Source: a virus (Duplodnaviria; Caudoviricetes). Taken from it: DNA of 27,728 nucleotides. Location of the stretch: positions 1-27,728 of the IMG/VR virus record IMGVR_UViG_3300017766_004832. One strand, 5' to 3'. Position numbers and translations under genes: made by a program. The notes beneath the pieces are model-generated. The model was not told the origin of the DNA, did not search any database, and saw only the letters and a program-made list of their open reading frames with translations. Of this stretch, positions 9,603 to 17,626 are shown in pieces; position 1 is the first letter of the stretch; each line of letters opens with the position of its first letter.

Positions 9603-10922
9603 CTAAAATTTTATAACTATTTTAATATTTTCAGTTTGATCTACTGCTCTTGTAATAGGTATCATATTATCCATATATATGACTTGCCCCGAACGACTCT
9701 TTAGTGTTGGATTGATTACGCTTGTGATATATCGATATCCGCCTGAAGTACTACCATTCAATGTCGTTGTAGTAGGATTTCCTGTGTATTCTGTAACTTC
9801 CATGATAGAATTTGCGCTATCCCAATACAACACTCTACCTTTGAATGACGCTGTGCCAATTGATGATCCTTGGTAAACAAATTCGTCGGTAACATATTCT
9901 GACGGCCCTGCAAGAGCAAGAGATAATGTTTGTGTAAATATTGAATTAGAAAACACGTTTGATGATCCATATATTATAGGATCTTTTATTACACTAATTT
10001 GTCTAAAATCATTACTTGTAACAAGTTCATTATCTTCAGAACCTTGAATCAGTGTATCAATCATTACATTTTTTGCGCCAAGTTCATAAGAAGGATTATA
10101 TCCATGTCCGCCATATGGACCAATTACAACACGAGCATTTGCGCCAGTACCACCACCACCAGAAATAGTTGCAGAAGCAAATGTATATCCTGTTCCTCTT
10201 GATGTTACAACTATATTTGCAACTACATTAGATGTAGTGTTAACATATGCAGTTGCATTAGCACCTGTTCCGTCACCTGTAATGGTTACCGTTATATTAC
10301 TTGAATTTGTATAGCCGGTTCCTGTATTAGAAACCAATATGACATCAATTGCACCATCAATAGCAGCTTGTTGCACTTGCCATTGTGCTGAACCGTTATC
10401 CAGTGTCAATGTTTTTACAGGAATCCAATCATAAGACAAAAATCTTTGTATTTCTTTTGTATTCAATGTATACATGTATTTCCAAATATATCCGTCGGCT
10501 TCTGTACTTGTAGTTCCAGGCGAAGTATATGTTGGTTCAATTGTTGAATTGGCACCATTATTATTGTATAAGCACTTATATACGTTGTAGTTGCTTGTTA
10601 TAACGTAAAATTTTGTATTTCCATCATAAAGAATGCTTGAAGTATCATCATATTGATCATATGTTGTACCCGAAGTCCAAGTAAATCTTTTTGAAACAAG
10701 TGTTACATCATTTCCCGTTACTTTTTTACCTGCAATAAGATTGCGCCAAATTTCATTTGTGTTTGCCAAGCTATCAATCGTAGTATTTGGTAAAGAATCA
10801 TTCGCCCATGGTGTGCTTTTACCATAACAAACGTATAGCATGGTAGAAGCCGGTTCAGATACCGATTCTAGTAGCTGTTCAGCTGAATTTATGCGAAAAC
10901 CGACGGTTGAAATAGCTGTCAT
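9603..10922 (-). CDS. gp8: baseplate wedge subunit gp8
   Basis: WTSGTTYDQYD, FYVITSNYNVYKCL-x-N, DGYIWKYMY, P-x-GGHG, NDFRQI-x-x-IKDP, SGQVIY-x-DN-x-x-PITR-x-x-DQTENIKIVIKF. Confidence 0.92.
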   Translation of the reverse strand: MTAISTVGFRINSAEQLLESVSEPASTMLYVCYGKSTPWANDSLPNTTIDSLANTNEIWRNLIAGKKVTGNDVTLVSKRFTWTSGTTYDQYDDTSSILYDGNTKFYVITSNYNVYKCLYNNNGANSTIEPTYTSPGTTSTEADGYIWKYMYTLNTKEIQRFLSYDWIPVKTLTLDNGSAQWQVQQAAIDGAIDVILVSNTGTGYTNSSNITVTITGDGTGANATAYVNTTSNVVANIVVTSRGTGYTFASATISGGGGTGANARVVIGPYGGHGYNPSYELGAKNVMIDTLIQGSEDNELVTSNDFRQISVIKDPIIYGSSNVFSNSIFTQTLSLALAGPSEYVTDEFVYQGSSIGTASFKGRVLYWDSANSIMEVTEYTGNPTTTTLNGSTSGGYRYITSVINPTLKSRSGQVIYMDNMIPITRAVDQTENIKIVIKF

Positions 10923-10944
10923 CTAAAAAACTCTTATTGTTTCA

Positions 10945-10952
10945 TATTTATA
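10945..10952 (-). promoter_or_regulatory. T4-type late promoter TATAAATA upstream of gp8
   Basis: Perfect consensus in the 37-nt gp7-gp8 intergenic gap, 22 nt before the ATG. Confidence 0.8.
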
Positions 10953-10959
10953 TGCATTT

Positions 10960-13725
10960 TCATGTGTTGCTGACAAATGTAATTATTGTAGGTAAAATAG
11001 TTTCTTGTGTTTTTGGTAGATATAAATTATCAAGAGAAGGATCAGTTAATGAATGATTGATTAGTCCAGTGCTAACCCAAACATTTGATGTCGGAGTTCC
11101 TGGAACAATATAATTATAGTATAACTGCGGTGCAACTCCGTATTCAGAGGTAATTAATGATGCATTTCCATTTGGACCCAAATAATCAACTCTTACGTTT
11201 CCATTTGCGTGATACCCTTGGAAAACACGGCGTATGATCGTATTTGATATATTCAAAGCCGAGTTTGTCGATAGCCAAAAATGAGCTAGTGATCCTGTAA
11301 ATCTATTTCCATTATTGATAGCTCCCCCATGAAAAATATAATGAGTGCCGCTACCAAAGTCAAACTGAACATTACTATTGTAAATAGTCATGACGTTATA
11401 TGATGCAACATTGTTAATATAAATTCTACAATTTCCAGAATTGGCCGTATCAATACTTGCAACAATATTATACCAAGTATTCGAATATAATCTATTTTCT
11501 ACGTTGCTTTCCATTCTAAAAACACTATTTGTCGTAGAATTAGTATTCTGACTGTAAAATCCTATTGTATTTGATGAAGTTAGATATACTTGAAATCTAT
11601 TGAAGGCAGTAGTTCCAAAATTATCTAAATTTGCTAATGCCTCAGATGTTGTTGTCTGGCAAAGAAAAATTCCTTTAGAATTACTATGATAAGCAGTTTG
11701 TAAATCGGGATTTATGTAAAAACTTATTGTTAGAGTTTTAGTATTTGTAGGTATACTCGTGGACACTTGTGGGTATGTAAAATACTCACTAATTGTTGCT
11801 CCGCCATTAGATGCAGTATTGTAGCCGTAATATATCACATTTGAAATTGTTGTATTTACAGTTCTTGAAACATAAGAATTGAATGAAATGATCTGGTTTA
11901 CTGGTGGCTCGGAATCATATAGATATTCGCCCCAAAGTTTCATTCCTGTCGGATGAACAAGTTCATTTACATATTTTCTATACTTTTCAATCGACTTCTT
12001 TAGTTTTATAACATAGCTGAAATTTTGATAATAGTCACGATTTTCAAGATAGTTTGAGCTACTCAATAGACCAGTATCGTCTTTGAATCTTCCTGGATAT
12101 GTAAACACACCCGTAACAACATTTGCTATTAGATTTGCAGTACCCGAACCAGATGTAGTCAAATCAATCGTTGGTGCTGTTGTATATCCACTTCCTCTAT
12201 TTGTTACTGTTACTTCTTCGATGACGCCTAAAGTTCCTTGAGCTGTAGTAAATGTGCCGCCAAATCCAAGCAACGAATCTACTGTTATGTTTGCACCAGA
12301 ACCTGCACCACTAATAGAAATTGTCGGAGGCAAATTTTCATTATATCCGGAGCCTCCAATGATATGACCATTACCCGAATACAAAGGCAACAAATTGGTT
12401 TTTATTATAGCACCTGTTGCATTTGTAACTACATTACCATTTGCTCCAAATCCAAATCCACCCAATACATTCGTAAATATTAGTCTTGCACCATTTGAAT
12501 AACCCGATCCAGGGGAATTGATCTTCAATCTACCTATGATACCAAGATTTTTTATTCTTGTATTTCCAAGAGCTGCTACTGTGGGCACTGATAGATAATT
12601 GCTGCCACCTTCTAAAACTTGAATTGATTGTATAGGACCTGTGCCAGCAAATTGAAAAAAGTTTAGAGTATTTGCGAGTTTAGTATTTGCGTTTCCGCCA
12701 GATGAGTTGCTGTAAGCAGCAATTGTTGTTGCATTGTATGTATTGATTATGTCTGAATTTATTGCATATTGAGTTGGATGATGATAGCCGTTTGCAAAAA
12801 CAGCAGAAACATTTGCATTAGCTCCAGAACCACCGCCACCAGAAAATATAACCAAGTCAGAAACTCTAAATCCCGCACCACCAGTAATAACAGTTACATT
12901 TGAAACATTACCTGAACTAACTTTACTAATTACTGCAGCACCGCCGCTTCCATCACCAGCTATAGGCAGAGAGGTGCCGGCAGTATAACCAGTTCCACCA
13001 TTGACAATACCAATCGAAGAAATATACCCAGAAATTAGATTTCCAGTAAAAGTTTCGTTGTTCACATTGAATGCAAATACTTGCTCACCAGATGTAAACG
13101 AACCTTTTTGTTTTGAAATAAAGAATTCATTGAAACGAACGCCGTTTTCATACGATATCACTACTTTTTCAATTTGCGCTTCTGCAGTTGATGTATTTCC
13201 AACAAGTTTTGTATTTTTGAATTTTAGTAGATTTGTAATAGAATCATCAGAAACATTGTTTATTTTTGTGTCGATTATTCTAACAGATTTTTCAATAAGC
13301 CATTTACCCGATGACGCGACTAGAATATCTGTTTTAGGATAGTAAAAAGATGCTTGTTCATCAAATAATAATTGAAACAGAAAATTATAAGATTTTTCTG
13401 TTCCTTTTGCAAGATAGAAATCCTTTATGTTTTTTAGTAGTTTTGATTTATCAGCTACAGCATCTTTTGGTATCAAGGATAGAAATTGATCATATAAATG
13501 AGTGTTGAATTCTTCTAGACCAACATCAGTAATTTTGTCTGTGTCAAAATAATTTCTAATATTTTTTGCACGTTCGACAGTTTTACCAAAACGCAAAGTT
13601 GTATTGGATTGTTCCAAATATTCAAAATATGCTTCAAGAAAAGAAACGAAAGTTGGATGATCGGCTCTTACGAATTCCGGTAATTGATTTGATACAACCG
13701 TCGAAATTCTATTATTTGTTGCCAT
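10960..13725 (-). CDS. gp7: baseplate wedge initiator (gp7-like) with a C-terminal LamG/ConA-like extension
   Basis: QLPEFV...FLEAYFEYLE, IKDFYLAKGT-x-x-SY-x-FLF-x-LLF, YYQNFSYVIK, VHP-x-GMK-x-WGE. Lies between gp6 and gp8. Confidence 0.8.
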   Translation of the reverse strand: MATNNRISTVVSNQLPEFVRADHPTFVSFLEAYFEYLEQSNTTLRFGKTVERAKNIRNYFDTDKITDVGLEEFNTHLYDQFLSLIPKDAVADKSKLLKNIKDFYLAKGTEKSYNFLFQLLFDEQASFYYPKTDILVASSGKWLIEKSVRIIDTKINNVSDDSITNLLKFKNTKLVGNTSTAEAQIEKVVISYENGVRFNEFFISKQKGSFTSGEQVFAFNVNNETFTGNLISGYISSIGIVNGGTGYTAGTSLPIAGDGSGGAAVISKVSSGNVSNVTVITGGAGFRVSDLVIFSGGGGSGANANVSAVFANGYHHPTQYAINSDIINTYNATTIAAYSNSSGGNANTKLANTLNFFQFAGTGPIQSIQVLEGGSNYLSVPTVAALGNTRIKNLGIIGRLKINSPGSGYSNGARLIFTNVLGGFGFGANGNVVTNATGAIIKTNLLPLYSGNGHIIGGSGYNENLPPTISISGAGSGANITVDSLLGFGGTFTTAQGTLGVIEEVTVTNRGSGYTTAPTIDLTTSGSGTANLIANVVTGVFTYPGRFKDDTGLLSSSNYLENRDYYQNFSYVIKLKKSIEKYRKYVNELVHPTGMKLWGEYLYDSEPPVNQIISFNSYVSRTVNTTISNVIYYGYNTASNGGATISEYFTYPQVSTSIPTNTKTLTISFYINPDLQTAYHSNSKGIFLCQTTTSEALANLDNFGTTAFNRFQVYLTSSNTIGFYSQNTNSTTNSVFRMESNVENRLYSNTWYNIVASIDTANSGNCRIYINNVASYNVMTIYNSNVQFDFGSGTHYIFHGGAINNGNRFTGSLAHFWLSTNSALNISNTIIRRVFQGYHANGNVRVDYLGPNGNASLITSEYGVAPQLYYNYIVPGTPTSNVWVSTGLINHSLTDPSLDNLYLPKTQETILPTIITFVSNT

Positions 13726-15803
13726 TAGGCTTCATTCTCCATACGAATTTGTATAGCAATAGGATCATTGGAATCTATTGATAGCAATCTATTTCTTAGA
13801 GGATGTATCGTATTCTCTTTAGGTAGAGCATTGAAAGTAATTATTCCTGAAGCATAATTTGCATTTGTGGTTATTGAAATGGGTTTGAAATTATACAAGT
13901 TTATTCTACCAGTTGTATAAACAATTTGTCCGATATTTTCATTTATGATTATTTTTTCACCAGTAGCCACTTGAACATAGTAAGATCTTAAAGTTCCAAT
14001 TTGTCCGGATAGAATTGCTGTTGCTGTTGCTCCAACACCAGTGGTATCTGAAATGGATACCACTGCAGCTGTATAATTTGATCCTGTAACATCAACTTCG
14101 ATAGAAATGATTTTACCATTTACAACAACCGCTCTAGCTTTAGCACCAGAACCGTCTCCGGTTATTGTAACAATAGGAGAATCGCTATAACCAGATCCTG
14201 AATTTAGAACTTCTACGCTATCAATTCCCGTGTATGATAATGGTGTCTCTTCAATAAGAGCGTCTCGCGAAACTCCTTCATTATCCAAAACTTGAAATGA
14301 AGGATATGTATACAATCTATCTGCAAACGTCCCTCGATTTAGAGGAACATTGAAATCAATAGTATAGTTTTTTGACTCATTCAACGTGGGTTCAAGTCTT
14401 TTTTGTACGATTGTGGTTATGTCCACGCCCAAAAATGAAGGATCTACATCATTGATCGAACTTTGAAGTTTTGAACTTCTATATGTTGAATTGAATTTTT
14501 CAAGTTCAACATCGTTATATTCACCAATGTCAGTTCTAATCAATTCCTTTAATTGTTCTTCGTCTTTTGATGTCAATGTAGAATCATAATTTACTGTCAT
14601 GTCAAATCTTAGATAAAGATATTCAGGATCAACAATTTCAGGTATGACAGTCAAAATATTCCTATTTGTAATCAACTCATTGATTATTCTATCTTTTTCA
14701 ATATCAGTAATTACATATCCATTTTTAGGTTTCATGGAGACATATATTTTACCATATACTACAGGATCGTTTTCCTCTCCACCCCAAACAGAGATAGCCT
14801 CTATGTTTGGGTAATCTTTTAGAAGCAGTGTTCCATAATCATCTTTTGTTACTGCTCTATTTTGTGTTGTATAAAATTTTGGCGCAATGAATTTTATCTT
14901 ATCGATTGAATCTCTACTTGCACCGCCTGCAGCCGCAGACACTGAATTTACAACAACATTTGAAAAAGAGCCAAGCTGTGATATAAATGTAAATGAATTT
15001 GCTTTGTTTGACGATTCGCCGTCTGTAGAAAGATATCTTAAGGCAACTATATTATCATCAGACAAATTTTTACCTATACTTCCATCACCAAAATAAATGT
15101 TATAGTTGTAATCATCAGTTTCCTCTAAGAAATAAACTTTTGAGTTAGAATCAAGTTCGGTTGCATCATCAGATAGAACAAAAGTATTTCTTGTTGAATC
15201 AACAGATGAGTTGATTACTGAAACAATTAAAGTTGATGTATCAATATTGGCATCAGGTATTCTAAATCTTCTTCTTGTGTTTGTTGCATCTACAGTAACG
15301 TTATATGTTACAGGTTCACCCTGAGATATTGTTACGTTAGAAAAAGTGTATGTGTTTGTTATAACGTTTTTTGAGGCAACTTGAGTATCAAGATTTACAA
15401 ATGTATAATTCACACCATCAATTTGTTGTGATTGAAACTTACTATATGAGGGAAGAGTAATGACAGCTTGACCGCTAGTTGGACTCGTATCTTCAACTAC
15501 AACATCAACAACTGCAGTTGACGCTCTGGTTGATGTTGGAACATAATTTAGATGTTTTGCGTGTGAAACTACTGAATTTCTTAATATGGCGCTATCTAAA
15601 AACATTTCATTACCAACCATGTTTAGATAATATGCCATATAATGCGTATTATATGCGAGAATATCCAGCAATATATTGAATCCAGAACCTTCAAAATCAT
15701 ATTCTGTAAATTGATTTTGACTTCTAAGATAGTCCCTCAAGTTGATTTTGATCGTGTCAAAATCCAGTTCAGAAATTCTTAGAACCGTATTTGAAGTTGC
15801 CAT
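13725..15803 (-). CDS. gp6: baseplate wedge subunit gp6
   Basis: ELDFDTIK-x-NL, YDFEGSG-x-NILLDILAYNTHY, EMFLDSA-x-LR-x-SVVSHAK, FGDG-x-x-GK, QNRAVT-x-x-DY, WGGEEN-x-P-x-x-YGK. Confidence 0.95.
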   Translation of the reverse strand: MATSNTVLRISELDFDTIKINLRDYLRSQNQFTEYDFEGSGFNILLDILAYNTHYMAYYLNMVGNEMFLDSAILRNSVVSHAKHLNYVPTSTRASTAVVDVVVEDTSPTSGQAVITLPSYSKFQSQQIDGVNYTFVNLDTQVASKNVITNTYTFSNVTISQGEPVTYNVTVDATNTRRRFRIPDANIDTSTLIVSVINSSVDSTRNTFVLSDDATELDSNSKVYFLEETDDYNYNIYFGDGSIGKNLSDDNIVALRYLSTDGESSNKANSFTFISQLGSFSNVVVNSVSAAAGGASRDSIDKIKFIAPKFYTTQNRAVTKDDYGTLLLKDYPNIEAISVWGGEENDPVVYGKIYVSMKPKNGYVITDIEKDRIINELITNRNILTVIPEIVDPEYLYLRFDMTVNYDSTLTSKDEEQLKELIRTDIGEYNDVELEKFNSTYRSSKLQSSINDVDPSFLGVDITTIVQKRLEPTLNESKNYTIDFNVPLNRGTFADRLYTYPSFQVLDNEGVSRDALIEETPLSYTGIDSVEVLNSGSGYSDSPIVTITGDGSGAKARAVVVNGKIISIEVDVTGSNYTAAVVSISDTTGVGATATAILSGQIGTLRSYYVQVATGEKIIINENIGQIVYTTGRINLYNFKPISITTNANYASGIITFNALPKENTIHPLRNRLLSIDSNDPIAIQIRMENEA

Positions 15804-15804
15804 A

Positions 15805-16197
15805 TTATCTTACTCTTTCCAGAAACATGTTTATTACTGTTGGTGCTGCATTATTTACGATGAAGAATTGTATTACTACTTGAAATCTATTTTGATCTTC
15901 TACTGCTTGTACTATGACATCTTTTAGCTTTACTCTAGGCTCAAAGTTGTTTATGACATCTTCTATTGCACGTTTTATATTTTGTGTTGCTAAAGGACCA
16001 AAATTTTCAAATAACATTTGACGGACCGAAGAACCAATTTCGGGATGAAATGGTTTTTCATAGTTAGCTAGATTTACTAGATTTCTAACGGAACGAATTA
16101 TTGCTTGATCTCCGTTACGGACAGAAATGTCTCCCGTAGCAGGATTTCGAGTAAAATTCAAGTCTAAGTCTCTAAAAATTCTTTGTATTACAGGCAT
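15805..16197 (-). CDS. gp25: baseplate wedge subunit gp25
   Basis: DLDLNF...AIIRSVRNL...EKPFHPEIGS...NFEPRV. Immediately upstream of gp6. Confidence 0.93.
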   Translation of the reverse strand: MPVIQRIFRDLDLNFTRNPATGDISVRNGDQAIIRSVRNLVNLANYEKPFHPEIGSSVRQMLFENFGPLATQNIKRAIEDVINNFEPRVKLKDVIVQAVEDQNRFQVVIQFFIVNNAAPTVINMFLERVR

Positions 16198-16201
16198 ATT
16201 T

Positions 16202-16209
16202 TATTTATC
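16202..16209 (-). promoter_or_regulatory. late promoter-like GATAAATA overlapping the stop codon just upstream of gp25
   Basis: One mismatch to consensus, 4 nt from the gp25 ATG. Could be chance, since it contains the TAA stop in AT-rich DNA. Confidence 0.35.
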
Positions 16210-16969
16210 TAAGATATCCCATGAGTTTTGATTGTCCTATCTTACTTTCAAGCAAAAATTTACCACAAGGATTTTGATACATACTCTCCAATAATGATGA
16301 AAGAGCTGCTTGACGAAGCTGTTCAAGAGAATTATTGAAAAAATTGTTATCAGCATTTATAATATTTTGTAGCGTAGTTATCATTTCATTTATTCTAAAG
16401 ATAATATCTGAAGCAGTTGCTAGACACGAGTTTATCGAACTAATCATTCCTGCTATTTCAGAACCATATCCATTCAAAAGATCATTCGAAAAAAGACCAG
16501 TCATATTATTCAAAAGACTAAAACAATTTGAAGCAGAATCTATAGAATATGCCAATCCGCCTAATGATCTTCCAACAGATAGTATTCTGTCTAATCCAGG
16601 AGTGGAATTAGTACCTTGTGGAATAACGCCAGAAAGAATTTGTGTATGTATGCTAAACAATTCGAGCTGTTCGATTAGACCGGTAGATCCGCCAGGTGTC
16701 CCTAAAGCGGAAATTATATCAGTTTTATCTCCTGCCGACAAGCACGAACTATTGTTTACTGCATCGTATAAGCCTGTCAAATTATCATTGAATCCTGTTA
16801 TTGCATCTCCAACGGGATTGCGAAATATTGCACTTCGTCCTTCATTCAAAAAAGTTTCGTATATGTTTTTTTGTGTCGGTGAAGAGATAGATCCTGTATA
16901 TTCACCTGGTTGATACGCTTCGGGATCGGGTATTATGATCGGAGAAGTAGAAGTAGGTAATACTGACAT
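16205..16969 (-). CDS. hypothetical protein (254 aa), probably virion-associated
   Basis: Co-oriented ORF with a GAGG Shine-Dalgarno filling the PAAR-gp25 gap. No recognisable domain. Confidence 0.75.
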   Translation of the reverse strand: MSVLPTSTSPIIIPDPEAYQPGEYTGSISSPTQKNIYETFLNEGRSAIFRNPVGDAITGFNDNLTGLYDAVNNSSCLSAGDKTDIISALGTPGGSTGLIEQLELFSIHTQILSGVIPQGTNSTPGLDRILSVGRSLGGLAYSIDSASNCFSLLNNMTGLFSNDLLNGYGSEIAGMISSINSCLATASDIIFRINEMITTLQNIINADNNFFNNSLEQLRQAALSSLLESMYQNPCGKFLLESKIGQSKLMGYLR

Positions 16970-16988
16970 TTTTTTCCTCTTTTTTTAT

Positions 16989-17279
16989 TCAACCACCAGC
17001 AAAAACTGTAGAAGCACCTGTCATGACAATTGAACCACACTCAATAGGATCACCAATTCTACCGCATTGCAATCCATTTATGTACACAGTAGATGATCCT
17101 GCTGCTAAAACACTATCATGACAGCCTTGATCTGGACAACAATGTAAAATCCAATGATCCGTTTGTCTATGTACACCAAGTCCCTCAGCAAATACGTCAG
17201 AACTTGCAACGTCATTCACTCTAGGTGGCCAGCAACCGTGACCAGAACATAAATCGGTCAATCTTGTTACTGCAGCCAT
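16989..17279 (-). CDS. gp5.4: PAAR-repeat spike tip protein (gp5.4-like)
   Basis: AVTRLTDLCSGHGCWPP, GSSTVYING-x-x-x-GRIGDPI-x-CGS, GASTVFAG. Cys/His metal ligands, downstream of gp5. Confidence 0.92.
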   Translation of the reverse strand: MAAVTRLTDLCSGHGCWPPRVNDVASSDVFAEGLGVHRQTDHWILHCCPDQGCHDSVLAAGSSTVYINGLQCGRIGDPIECGSIVMTGASTVFAGG

Positions 17280-17614
17280 TATTCTCTAGTCAACTCTAAA
17301 AATTTTTCTATTTGTTTATCTATGATTTCTTTACGATTGGGCCACTTGATGTAAACTTTTTCGGGGTTTTTTGCCAAATTAGTAAGTAATGGTAAAATCA
17401 TGTCCTCTACTTTTTTGAGACGATCACGAATTTCCAATTCGATAAGACGTTTATGTTCATCTACATCAACTTTTGACAAAAGACTATCTAGTTTTTCTTC
17501 AAGTTTTTTTACATCTTCAGTTGAACTTATTGATGTCTGTGCTAAAGGTAAATTTAAAGATTTGAAATATTCATCTTCATCAACCGCACTAAATCCAAAA
17601 TCACTATCTGTCAT
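17279..17614 (-). CDS. conserved hypothetical T4-like phage protein (111 aa)
   Basis: DFGFSAVDEDE...ILPLL-x-NL-x-KNPEK-x-YI-x-WPNR, an AAGGA Shine-Dalgarno and a TAATG overlap with PAAR. Confidence 0.8.
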   Translation of the reverse strand: MTDSDFGFSAVDEDEYFKSLNLPLAQTSISSTEDVKKLEEKLDSLLSKVDVDEHKRLIELEIRDRLKKVEDMILPLLTNLAKNPEKVYIKWPNRKEIIDKQIEKFLELTRE

Positions 17615-17626
17615 TTTTTGTTTTCC

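Noticed and set aside
4502-15679. Many 60-113 aa ORFs nested in or antisense to the large structural genes
   Set aside because: They lie inside well-supported genes, mirror their codon bias and show no motifs.
16335-16913. 192-aa plus-strand ORF antisense to the 254-aa hypothetical
   Set aside because: It is in exact antisense register, has a TTG start without SD and runs against the operon. The minus ORF has the SD and fits the gap.
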